From NCBI GenBank assembly GCA_964016885.1, contig OZ024741.1, positions 269,638,001-269,702,000 on the forward strand: a stretch of DNA of 64,000 bases, read 5' to 3'. This document shows, piece by piece, positions 14,414 through 26,600 of this stretch (position 1 is the first letter of the stretch; each line of letters starts with the position of its first letter). The DNA is from Eledone cirrhosa. Lineage: Eukaryota. Position numbers and translations under genes: made by a program. The notes under the pieces are model-generated. The model saw only the letters and a list, made by a program, of their open reading frames with translations, was not told the DNA's origin and searched no databases.

Positions 14414-14629
14414 AGAGAGAGAGAGAGGGGGGGGGGGGGGGGTAGATAGATGGAAAATAGATAGAGTGATAGATAGATAGATAGATAGATTGATAGACGT
14501 AACCACATCGTATACCACCACATCTCTCAACCTATCCATTTATCAATTTATTCCTCTATCTAAGTATCTCTCTAGCTATCGATCTACCAGAACAGATTGG
14601 AGTCTATGCTGTTTCACTTGCGGGGAAGA

Positions 14630-14792
14630 GAGGGTCTCGTTAGTCAATCTGTTAGCCATGTCATTCTCTCTTTATTATCTGAGTTCAAATCCCGCCGAGG
14701 TTAACTTTGCCTTTCATCCTTACGGGGTCGATAAAACAAAGTACCAGTAATGTACTGGTTAATTGCTGGCCTTGTGCCGAAAGTAGAAACAA
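14630..14792 (+). mobile_element. Main SINE
   Basis: B-box and core motif intact. Confidence 0.85.
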
Positions 14793-15116
14793 TTATTTAT
14801 GGTTATAATGCACAGGCACCAGATGAGGCTGACGTATATGGAGAGATTTCTAGACGACTATTACGACGATGACAGTCAACAGGCCTTGTCGACCTTCGTG
14901 TGACCCACCTCTCTGAAGGTCATCACTTTGACCCAACTGCAGTTCTGGATCAAGCACAGGTTGTGAGGTTTGACACTTGGTATATCACCGGGGATAATCG
15001 CCAGGTTCTCACTGTCATGTACCAGCTGCACAATATTGTCGTTTGAAAGTAAACCCTTGCAATATATAGAGGGTTAGTGAAGGATATATGCCGTGATGGC
15101 TTGAGAATGATTCCAG

Positions 15117-15147
<31 letters not shown>

Positions 15148-15320
15148 CTTCTTCTTCTTCTTCTTCTTCTTCTTCTTCTTCTTCTTCTTCTTTCTTCTTT
15201 CTTCTTCCTTTTCTTCTTTCTTCTTCCTTTTCTTCTTCTTCTTCTTCTTCTTCTTCTTCTTCTTCTTCTTCTTCTTCTTCTTCTTCTTCTTCTTCTTCTT
15301 CTTCTTCTTCTTCTTCTTCT
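15117..15320. repeat. (CTT)n microsatellite
   Basis: Directly visible. Confidence 0.95.
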
Positions 15321-15858
15321 ATAGATCGATAATTCACAGAACTGCTACAGTGTGCGAGATGGGAGGGCGGAGGCTTCTACTTTTCAGGTTTATCTATATA
15401 TGCCTGGCCATGTTGGAGCCACAAGCAACCGAAGCCATCCCAGGGGGATGCAAGCTGATAAAAAAACCTTCTGACAAGCCCTCGCGCATTCTTCATGCAT
15501 TATACTGATTTAGCATTACATCAAAGTGCTGTAATGTGGGGAAAATCCGATTTTCAACAGAATTTATCTTGAAGATGAAAACACCGCCTTCCTTTGACAA
15601 GAATAAAGCTGGTCGTTTTTCTCTGTCTTGTCATAGGATGTTGTATGGTGGATGGCTTTTGAAAGGATTGAAGAGTAAGCTTTTCATCTCAGCTGTAAAT
15701 CCTTATCCAATTCTTCAACTACCACTTGAAATGGAAATTGTGGATAGAGAGTGTGTGGTGGGAGGGTGCTGTCCTCTGGTGAAATTTTATGAAAGGTGAG
15801 AGAAAGAGGCAAAGTTGGTGTGGTTAAATGGACATATAGAAGCAACGTAGCACTAAGC

Positions 15859-16740
15859 TGGTGACAAGAGCAGGGGATGGAGAGGGACGGATGCAGTCCT
15901 CTGGTGACAATAACGGGGATAGAGAAAGACGGATGCAGTCCTCTGGTGACGAAAACGGGGATAGAGAGAGACGGATGCAGTCCTCTGGTGACAAGAACAG
16001 GGATAGAGAGAGACGGATGCAGTCCTCTGGTGACAAGAACGGGGATAGAGAGAGACGGATGCAGTCCTCTGGTGACAAGAACGGGGATAGAGAGAGACGG
16101 ATGCAGTCCTCTGGTGACAAGAACGGGGATAGAGAGAGACGGATGCAGTCCTCTGGTGACAAGAACGGGGATAGAGAGAGACGGATGCAGTCCTCTGGAG
16201 ACAAGAACGGGGATAGAGAGAGACGGATGCAGTCCTCTGGTGACAAGAACGGGGATAGAGAGAGACGGATGCAGTCCTCTGGTGACAAGAACGGGGATAG
16301 AGAGAGACGGATGCAGTCCTCTGGAGACAAGAACGGGGATAGAGAGAGACGGATGCAGTCCTCTGGAGACAAGAACGGGGATAGAGAGAGACGGATGCAG
16401 TCCTCTGGTGACAAGAACGGGGATAGAGAGAGACGGATGCAGTCCTCTGGTGACAAGAACGGGGATAGAGAGAGACGGATGCAGTCCTCTGGAGACAAGA
16501 ACGGGGATAGAGAGAGACGGATGCAGTCCTCTGGTGACAAGAACGGGGATAGAGAGAGACGGATGCAGTCCTCTGGAGACAAGAACGGGGATAGAGAGAG
16601 ACGGATGCAGTCCTCTGGTGACAAGAACGGGGATAGAGAGAGACGGATGCAGTCTTCTGGTGACAAGAACGGGGATAGAGAGAGACGGATGCAGTCCTCT
16701 GGAGACAAGAACGGGGATACAGAGAGACGGATGCAGTCCT
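15859..16740. repeat. 42-bp minisatellite, ~21 copies
   Basis: Unit AGTCCTCTGG(T/A)GACAAGAACGGGGATAGAGAGAGACGGATGC; 14-aa periodicity in the ORF track. Confidence 0.95.
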
Positions 16741-17089
16741 ATACAAACTACATGATAATAGGCTGGCCACACGATCTGAGAGAAGGCGTTTGCTTTTCAT
16801 ATATTAGTGTAATCTAAAGTTGTGTATGGGGTGCCTCGAGTCACACTATGCGGTACCCCTCACTTTGAGAATCTTTAAACATTCATATTTTGTTGTACTT
16901 TGCTGTTATTAATTTTTTTTATTGATATTGATATTGATATTTATTAATGTGTCTATATTACTGTTGTTGTTTTTGTTGTTGTGGCTGTTGATGTCACCTT
17001 TATATTTGATATAAACAACCCGCTCTTTCCTGTTTATAATTCGCTTTTTGTTCTTTTGTGATCAATAAAAGAAGTTATTGTTCTTCTTT

Positions 17090-17755
17090 TGTTGTTGTTA
17101 CTGTTATAAGATGTTATTGTTGTTATTGTTGTTGTTGTTACTATTATAAGAGGTTGTTGTTATTGTTGTTGTTGTTGTTACTGTTATAAGATGTTGTTGT
17201 TATTGTTGTTGTTACTATTATAAGATGTTGGGAGAAGTTATGTTGTTGTTTCTATTATAAGATGGCGTTGTTACTGTCATAAGCTGTTGTTGTTGTTGTT
17301 GTTACTATCATCAGATGTTGTCGTTACTGTTATAAGATGTTGTTACTATTATGCGATGTTGTTGTTGTTGTTACTATTATAAGATGTTATTGTGTTATTG
17401 TTGTTGTTGTTACTGTTATAAGATGTTGTTGTTATCGTTGATGTTATTGTTGTTATGAGATGTTATAGTTGTAATTGTTGCTATTGTTTCTGGTATAAGA
17501 TGTTATTGTTATAGTTGATGTTGTTGTTGTTATAAGATGTTATTGTTGTTGGTGTTGTTATTGGTGTTGTTGTTGTTGTTGTTGTTACTGTTATAAGATG
17601 TTATTGTTGTTGTTGTTATAAGACATTATTATAAGACATTGTGGGCGGTGGATTGGCAGTATCGCTAGAGGGTCGGACGTCATGCTTTCCAGCATAGTTA
17701 CGTCCCTTTACGATCTGAGTTCAAATCCAGCCGAGGTTGACTTTGCCTATCAGAC
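17090..17755 (+). repeat. (GTT)n-ATAAGAT minisatellite followed by a 3'-truncated main SINE (17643-17750)
   Basis: Recurrent CTGTTATAAGATGTT units; SINE A/B boxes at 17650-17730. Confidence 0.8.
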
Positions 17756-17756
17756 C

Positions 17757-18892
17757 TTGTTGTTGTTGGTGTTGTTGTTGGCGTTGTTGTTGTTGTTGGT
17801 GGTGGTGGTGGTGGTGGTGTTGTTGTTGGAGTTGTGTTGGTGTTGGTGCTGTTGGTGTTGTTGTTGATGGTGTTGTTGGTGTTGTTGGTGTTGTTGTTGT
17901 TGTTGCTGTTGTTGTTGGTGTTGTTGTTGTTGGTGGTGGTGGTGGTGTTGTTGTTGGGGTTGTGTTGGTGTTGGTGTTGTTGGTGTTGTTGTTGTTGTTG
18001 GTGTTGTTGGTGTTGTTGTTGGTGTTGTTGGTGTTGTTGGTGTTGATGTTGTTGGTGTTGTTGGTATTGTTGTTGTTGTTGTTTTTGTTGTTGTTGGTGT
18101 TGTTGTTGGTGTTGTTAGTGTTGTTAGTTTTGTTAGTTTTAGTGTTGTTGTTGGTGTTGTTGGTGTTGGTGTTGGTGGTTGTGTTGTTGGTGTTGGTGTT
18201 GTTGTTGGTGATGTTGATGTTGGTGTTGGCGTTGTTCTTGTTGGTGTTGTTGGTCTTGTTGGTGTTGGTGTTGGTGGTGGTGTTGTTGGTGTTGGTGTTG
18301 TTTTTGTTGGTGTTGTTGATGGTGGTGTTGTTGTTTTTGGTGTTGTTGGTGTTGTTGATGTTGTTGTTGGAGGTGTTGTTTTTGGTGTTGTTGGTGGTGT
18401 TGGTGTTGTTGTTGGTGTTGTTGGTGTTGTTGGTGTTGTTGGTGTTGTTGGTGTTGGTAGTGGTGGTGGAGATGTGTTTGGTGTTGTTGTTGTTGGTGGT
18501 GGTGGTGGTGGTGTTGTTGTTGTTGGTGTTGTTGATGGTGTTGTGGGTGTTGTTGGTGTTGGTGTTGTTGGTGGCGTTGTTGTTGTTGGTGTTGTTGGTG
18601 TCGTTGGTGCTTTTGGTGGTGTTGTTGTTGTTGTTATTGGTGTTGTTGTTGGTGTTAACGTTGGTGTTGTTATTGATGTTGTTGTTGGTGTTAACGTTGG
18701 TGTTGTTGTTGGTACTCTTGTTGTTGGTGTTGTTGGTGTTGTTGGTATTGTTGTTGTCGTTGTTGGTGATGTTGATGTTGTTGTTGGTGTTGTTGTTGGT
18801 GTTGTTGGTGTTATTGTTGTTGATGTTGTTGGTGTTATTGTTGTTGTTGGTGTTGTTGTTGGTGTTTGTGTTATTGGTGTTGTTGTTGTTGG

Positions 18893-18923
<31 letters not shown>

Positions 18924-20108
18924 GGTGGTGGTGGTGTTGTTAGTGTTGTTGTTGTTGCTGTTGTTGGTGTTGGTGTTGTCGTTGGTGTTGTTGTTGGTGT
19001 TGTTGGTGTTGTTGGTGTTGTTGGTGGTGTTGGTGTTGTTGGTGTTGTTGGTGTTGTTGGTGGTGGCGGTGGTGGTGTTGTTGGTGTTGTTGTTGGTGTT
19101 GTTGGTGTTGTTTGTGGTGTTGTTGTTGGTGTTGTTGGTGTTGTTATTGTTGTTGGTGTTGTTGTTGGTGTTGTTGTTGGTGTTGGTGTTGTTGTTGGTA
19201 GTGTTGTTGTTGGTGTTGTTGTTGGTGTTGGTGTTGTTGTTGGTGCTGTTGGCGTTGTTATTGTTGGTGTTGTTGTTGGTGTTGGTGTTGTTGTTAGTGT
19301 TGTTGTATTTGTTGTTGTTGGTGTTGTTGTTGTTGGATTTGTTGTTGGAGATGTTGTTGTGGTTGTTAGTGGTGGTGGTGCTGTTGTTGTTGGTGTTGTG
19401 TTGTTGTTGTTCGTGTTGTTGTTGTTGTTTGTGTTGCTGTTGGTGTTGTTGGTGTTGTTGGTGTTGTTGGTGTTGTTGGTGTTGGTGTTGGTGGTGGTGT
19501 TGTTGGTGTTGGTGTTGGTGTTGGTGTTGTTGATGGTGTTGTTGGTGTTGTTGTTGGTGTTGGTGGTGTTGGTGTTGTTGTTGTTGGTGTTGTTGTTGAT
19601 GGTGTTGTTGGTGTTGTTGGTGGTGTTGGTGTTGTTGTTATTGTTGTTGGTGTTGTTGGTGTTTTTGTTGGTGTTGTTGTTGGTGTTGTTGGTGGTGTTG
19701 TTGGTGGTGTTGTTGTTGATGTTGTTGGTGTTGGTGTTGTTGTTGGTGTTGCTGTTGGTATTGTTGGTGTTGTTGTTGTTGGTGTTGTTTTTGTTGTTGG
19801 TGGTGTTGTTGGTGGATTTGTTGTTGTTGTAGTGTTCTTGTTTTTATTGTTGTTGGAGGTGTGTTGTTGCTGGTGGTGGTGGTGGTGCTGTTGTTTTGGT
19901 GTTGTGTTGTTGTTGGTGTTGTTGGTGTTGCTGGTGATGTGTTTGGTGTTGTTGGTGGTGTTGATGGTGTTGTTGGTGTTGTTGGTGTTGTTGTTGTTGG
20001 TGGTGTTGTTGTTGTTGTTGTTGTTTTTGGTGGTGGTGGTGGTGGTGGTGGTGTTGTTGTTGTTGTTGGTGTTCTTAGTATTGTTGTTGTTGTTGGTGTT
20101 GTTGATAG

Positions 20109-20139
<31 letters not shown>

Positions 20140-23100
20140 GTTGTTGGTGTTGTTGGTGTTGCTGTTGTTGTTGTTGCTGTTGTTGTGGTGTTGTTGTTGT
20201 TGGTGGTGGTGGTGTTGTTGTTGTTGTTGTTTTGTCGTTGTTGATGTTGTTGTTGATGTTGTTGGTGGTGGTGTTCGTGTTGTTAGTGTTGTTGTTGATG
20301 TTGTTGTTGGTGTTGGTGTTGTTGTTGTTGTTGTTTTGTTGTTGTTGGTGTTGTTGGCGGTGTTGTTGCTGGTGGTGTTGTTGGTGGTGTTGTTGGTGTT
20401 GTTGGTGTTTGTGTTATTGGTGTTGCTGGTGTTGGTGTTTTTGGTATTGTTGTTGTCGTTGTTGGTGATGTTGATGTTGTTGTTGGTGTTGTTGTTGGTG
20501 TTGTTGTTGGTGATGTTGTTGGTGTTGTTGTTGGTGTTGTTGGTGTTAATGTTATTGATGTTGTTGGTGTTATTGTTGTTGTTGGTGTTGTTGTTGGTGT
20601 TTGTGTTATTGGTGTTGTTGTTGTTGGTGTTGTTGTTGTTGGTGGTGGTGGTGGTGGTGGTGGTGTTGGTGTTGTTAGTGTTGTTGTTGTTGGTGTTGTT
20701 GGTGTTGTTGGTGTTGTTGGTGGTGTTGGTGTTGTTGTTGTTGGTGGTGGTGGTGTTGTTGTTGGTGTTGTTGTTGGTGTTGTTGGTGTTGTTGGTGGTG
20801 TTGTTGTTGGTGTTGTTGTTGGTGTTGGTGTTGTTGTTGGTGTTGTTATTGTTGGTGTTGTGTTGTTGTTGGTGTTGTTGTTGTTGTTGTTGTTGGTGTT
20901 GTTGGTGGTGTTGTTGCTGGTGGTGTTGTTGGTGGTGGTGTTGGTGCTGTTAGTGTTGTTGTTGGTGTTGCTGATGTTGGTGTTGTTGGTTTTGTTGTTG
21001 GTGTTGTTGGTGTTGCTGTTGTTGTTGGTGGTGATGTGTTTGGTGTTGTTGGTGGTGTTGATGGTGTTGTTGGTGTTGTTGGTGTTGTTGTTGTTGTTGG
21101 TGGTGTTGTTGTTGTTGTTGTTTTTGGTAGTGGTGGTGGTGGTGGTGGTGGTGTTGTTGTTGTTGTTGTTGGTGTTCATATTGTTGTTGTTGTTGTTGGT
21201 GTTGTTGATGGTGTTGTTGCTGTTGTTGTGGTGTTGTTGTTGTCGTTGGTGGTGGTGGTGTTGTTGTTGTTGTTGTTGTTGTTGTTTTGTCGTTGTTGAT
21301 GTTGTTGTTGGTGTTGTTGGTGGTGGTGTTCGTGTTGTTAGTGTTGGTGTTGTTGTTGTTGGTGGTGTTGGTGTTGGTGTTGTTGTTGTTTTGTTGTTGT
21401 TGGTGTTGTTGGTGGTGTTGTTGCTGCTGGTGTTGTTGATGGTGGTGTTGGTGTTGTTAGTGTTGTTGTTGTTGGTGTTGCCGCTGTTGGTGTTGTTGGT
21501 GTTGTTGGTGGTGTTGGTGTTGTTGTTGTTGTTGGTGTTGTTGTTGGTGTTGTTGGTGTTGTTGTTGTTGTTGTTTGTGTTGCTGTTGGTGTTGTTGGTG
21601 TTTTTGGTGTTGGTGTTGTTGTTGGTGTTGTTTCTGTTGTTGTTGTTGTTGTTGGTGTAGGTGGTGGTGTTGTTGGTGGTGTTGTTGTTGTTATTGTTTT
21701 TGTTGTTGTTGTTGTTGGTGGTGGTGTTGTTGTTGTTGTTAGTGTTGTTGTTTTTGTTGTTGTTTGTGTTGCTGTTGGTGTTGTTAGTGTCGTTGGTGTT
21801 GGTGTTGGTGGTGGTGTTGTTGGTGTTGGCGTTGTTCTTGTTGGTGTTGTTGGTCTTGTTGTTGTTGGTGTTGTGGGTGTTGTTGTTGTTGGTGTTGTTG
21901 TTGTTGTTGTTGTTTTTGGTGGTGGCGGTGGTGGTGGTGGTGATGTTGTTGTTGTTGTTGTTGGTGTTGTTGATGGTATTGTTGTTGGTGGTGTTGTTGG
22001 TGTTGTTGGTGTTGCTGTTGTAATTGTTGTTGCTGTTGTTGTGGTGTTGTTGTTGTTGTTTTGTCGTTGTTGATGTTGTTGTTGGTGTTGTTGGTGGTGG
22101 TGTTCGTGTTGTTAGTGTTGTTGTTGTTGCTGGTGGTGTTGTTGGTGGTGATGTTGGTGTTGTTAGTGTTGTTGTTGTTGGTGTTGCTGGTGTTGGTGTT
22201 GTTGGTTTTGTTGTTGGTGTTGTTGGTGTTGTTGGTGTTGTTGGTGGTTTTGGTGTTTTGTTGTTGTTGGTGTTGTTGTTGGTGTTGTTGGTGTTGTTGT
22301 TGTTGTTGTTTGTGTTGCTGTTGGTGTTGTTGGTGTTTTTGGTGTTGGTGTTGTTGTTGGTGTTGTTTCTGTTGTTGTTGTTGTTGGTGTAGGTGGTGGT
22401 GTTGTTGGTGGTGTTGTTGTTGTTATTGTTTTTGTTGTTGTTGTTGGTGGTGGTGGTCTTGTTGTTGTTGTTAGTGTTGTTGTTTTTGTTGTTGTTGGTG
22501 TTGTTGTTGTTGGTGTTGTTGTTGTTTGTGTTGCTGTTGGTGTTGTTGGTGTCGTTGGCGTTGGTGTTGGTGGTGGTGTTGTTGGTGTTGGCGTTGTTCT
22601 TGTTGGTGTTGTTGGTCTTGTTGTTGTTGGTGTTGGTGGTGATGCTGTTGGTGTTGGTGTTGTTGTTGTTGGTGTTGTTGATGGTGGTGTTGTTGTTTTT
22701 GGTGTTGTTGGTGTTGTTGGTGTTGTTGGTGTTGTTGTTGGAGGTGTTGTTTTTGGTGTTGGTGGTGGTGTTGGTGTTGTTGGTGGTGTTGTTGCTGGTG
22801 GTGTTGTTGGTGGTGGTGTTGTTAGTGTTGTTGTTTGTGGTGTTGCTGGTGTTGGTGTTGTTGGTTTTGTTGTTGGTGTTGTTGGTGTTGCTGTTGTTGT
22901 TGGTGGTGATGTGTTTGGTGTTGTTGGTGGTGTTGATGGTGTTGTTGGTGTTGTTGGTGTTGTTGTTGTTGGTGGTGTTGTTGTTGTTGTTGTTTTTGGT
23001 GGTGGTGGTGGTGGTGTTGTTGTTGCTGTTGGTGTTCTTAGTGTTGTTGTTGTTGTTGGTGTTGTTGATGGTGTTGTTGTTGTTGGTGTAGGTGGTGGTG

Positions 23101-23570
23101 TTGTTGGTGGTGTTGTTGTTGTTGTTGGTGTTGTTGGTGGATTTGTTGTTGTTGTTAGTGTTCTTGTTTTTGTTGTTGTTGGTGTTGGATTTGTTGTTGG
23201 AGGTGTTGTTGTTGTTGGTGGTGTTGTTGGTGTTGTTGGTGTTGCTGTTGTAGCTGTTGTTGCTGTTGTTGTGGTGTTGTTGTTGTTGTTGTTGGTGTTG
23301 TTGTTGGTGTTGTTGGTGTTGTTGTTGTTGTTGTTTTTGGTGTTGGTGTTGTTGTTGGTACTCTTCTTGTTGGTGTTGTTGGAATTGTTGTTGTCGTTGT
23401 TGGTGATGTTGATGTTGTTGTTGGTGTTGTTGTTGGTGTTGTTGTTGGTGATGTTGTTGGTGTTGTTGTTGGTGTTGTTGGTGTTATTGTTGTTGATGTT
23501 GTTGGTGTTATTGTTGTTGTTGGTGTTGTTGTTGGTGTTTGTGTTATTGGCGTTGTTGTTGTTGGTATTG

Positions 23571-23602
<32 letters not shown>

Positions 23603-26600
23603 GTTGGTGTTGTTAGTGTTGTTGTTGTTGCTGTTGTTGGTGTTGGTATTGTCGTTGGTGTTGTTGTTGGTGTTGTTGGTGTTGTTGGTGTTGTTGGTGG
23701 TGTTGGTGTTGTTGTTGGTGGTGGTGGTGGTGTTGTTGTTGGTGTTGTTGTTGGTGTTGTTGGTGGTGTTGGTGGTGTTGTTGGTGTTGTTATTGTTGGT
23801 GTTGTGTTGTTGTTGTTGGTGTTGTTGTTGTTGTTGGTGTTGTTGGTGGTGTTATTGTTGGTGGTGTTGTTGGTGGTGGTGTTGGTGTTGTTAGTGTTGT
23901 TGTTGTTGGTGTTGCTGGTGTTGGTGTTGTTGCTTTTGTTGTTGGTGTTGTTGGTGTTGTTGGTGTTGTTGGTGGTGTTGATGGTGTTGTTGGTGTTGTT
24001 GGTGTTGTTGTTGTTGGTGGTGTTGTTGTTGTTGCTGTTTTTGGTGGTGGTGGTGTTGTTGTTGTTGTTGTTGGTGTTCTTAGTGTTGTTGTTGTTGTTG
24101 TTGGATTTGTTGTTGGAGATGTTGTTGTTGTTGTTAGTGGTGGTGGTGCTGTTGTTGTTGGTGTTGTGTTGTTGTTGTTGGTGTTGTTGTTGTTGTTGCT
24201 GTTGGTGTTCTTGGTGTTGTTGGTGTTGTTGGTGTTTTGGTGTTGGTGGTGGTGTTGTTGGTGTTGGTATTGTTGTTGGTGTTGTTGATGGTGTTGTTGG
24301 TGTTGTTGGTGGTGTTGGTGGTGTTGGTGTTGGTGTTGTTGGTGTTGTTATTGATGGTGTCTTTGGTGTTGTTGGTGGTGTTGGTATTGTTGTTCTTGTT
24401 GTTGGTGTTGTCGTTGGTGTTTTTGTTGGTGTTCTTGTTGGTGTTGTTGGTGTTGGTGTTGTTGTTTGTGTTGCTGTTGGTGTTGTTGGTGTTGTTGTTG
24501 GTGTTGTTTTTGTTGTTGTTGGTGTTGTTGGTGGATTTGTTGTTGTTGTTAGTGTTCTTGTTTTTGTTGTTGTTGGTGTTGGATTTGTTGTTGGAGGTGT
24601 TGTTGTTGTTGGTGGTGGTGGTGGTGCTGTTGTTTTGGTGTTGTGTTGTTGTTGTTGGTGTTGTTGTTGGTGTTGTTGCTGTTGGTGTTGTTGGTGTTGT
24701 TGGTGTTGGTGGTGGTGGTGGTGTTGTTGGTGTTGGTGTTGTTGTTGTTGGTGTTGTTGTTGGTGTTGTTGATGGTGGTGTTGTTGTTGGTGTTGTTGTT
24801 AGTGTTTTGGTGGTGTTGTTGTTGGTGTTGTTGTTGGTGTTGTTGGTGTTGTTGGTGTTGTTGGTGGTGATGTGTTTGGTGTTGTTGGTGGTGTTGATGG
24901 TGTTGTTGGTGTTGTTGTTGTTGTTGTTTTTGGTGGTGGTGGTGGCGTTGTTGTTGTTGTTCTTAGTGTTGTTGTTGTTGTTGGTGTTGTTGATGGTGAT
25001 GTTGTTGTTGTTGGTGGTGGTGGTGGTGTCGTTGGTGTTGTTGGTGTTGCTGTTGTAGTTGTTGTTGCTGTTGTTGTTGTGTTGTTGTTGTTTTGTCGTT
25101 GTTGATGTTGTTGTTGGTGTTGGTGTTGTTGTTGGTGTTGTTAGTGTTGTTGTTGTTGTTGTTTTTGGTGTTGGTGTTGTTGTTGTTGTTGTTTTGTTTT
25201 TGTTGGTGTTGTTGGTGTTGTTGGTGTTGTTGGTGTTGTTGTTGTTGTTGGTGTTGTTGGTGTTGTTCTTGTTGGTGTTGTTGTCGGTGTTCTTGTTGTT
25301 AGTGCTGTTGTTTTTGTTGTTGTGGGTGTTGTTTTTGGTGTTGTTAGTGTTGTTGGTTTTGTTAGTTTTGGTGTTGTTGTTGGTGTTGTTGGTGTTGTTG
25401 TTGTTCGTATTGTTGTTGGTGATGTTGATGGTGATGTTGTTGTTGGTGTTGTTGGTGGTTGTTTTTGTTGGTGTTGTTGGTGGTGTTAGTGGTGTTGTTG
25501 TTGTTCGTGTTGTTGTTGGTGTCGTTGTTGGTGTTGGTGTTGTTGTTGGTGTCGTTGGTGTTGTTGGTGGTGTTGGTGGTGGTGTTGTTGTTGTTTGTGT
25601 TGTTGTTGGTGTTGTTGTTGATTTTGTTGTTGTTTGTGTTGTTGGTGTTGTTGGTGTTGTTGGTGGTGTTGGTGTTGTTATTGGTGTTGTTTTTGGTGTT
25701 GGTGTTGTTGTTGTTGGTGTAGGTGGTGGTGTTGTTGGTGGTGTTGTTGTTGTTGTTTTTGTTGTTGGTGGTGTTGGTGTTGTTATTGGTGTTGTTTTGG
25801 GTGTTGGTGTCGTTGGTGTTGGTGTTGGTGGTGGTGTTGTTGGTGTTAGTGTTGTTGTTGTTGGTGTTGTTGATGGTGCTGTTGTTGTTTTTGGTGTTGT
25901 TGGTGTTGTTGGTGGTGTTGGTTGTGTTGTTGTTGTTGTTGGTTTTGTTGTTGGTGTTGTTGTTGGTGTTGTTGGTGTTGTTAGTGTTGCTGCTGTTGTT
26001 GTTGTTGGTGTTGTTGTTGGTGTTGTTGGTGTTGGTTTTGGTGGTGGTGTTGTTGGTGTTGTTGTTTTTGGTGTTGTTGTTGGTGTTGTTGTTGGTGTTG
26101 TTGCTGCTGTTAATGTTGTTGTTTTTGTTGTTGGTGTTGTTGTTGTTATTGTTTTTGTTGTTGTTGGTGTTGTTGTTGGTCTTGGATTTGTTGTTGGAGG
26201 TGTTGTTGTTGTTGGTGGTGGTGATGGTGGTGCTGTTGTTGTTGGTGTTGTGTTGTTGTTGTTGGTGTTGTTGTTGTTGTTGGTGTTGCTGTTGGTGTTG
26301 TTGGTGTTGTTGGTGTTGCTGGTGTTGTTGGTGTTGGTGTTGTTGTTGGTGTTGTTGTTGGTGTTGTTGATGGTGTCGTTAGTGTTGTTGGTGGTTTTGG
26401 TGTTGTTGTTGTTGTTGTTGGTGTTGTTGTTGTTGTTGTTGGTGGTGTTGTTGGTGTTGTTGTTGTTGTTGGTATAGGTGGTGGTGTTCTTGGTGGTGTT
26501 GTTGTTGGTGTTGATTTTGTTGTTGTTGGTGTTGTTGATGGATTTGTTGTTGTTGGTGTTGTTGTTGTAGGTGGTGGTGGTGGTGGTGGTTGTGTTGGTG

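Noticed and set aside
15859-16740. CRISPR-like regular array and 14-aa repeat ORFs
   Set aside because: No unique spacers, eukaryotic context; most frames are open simply because the 42-bp unit lacks stops.
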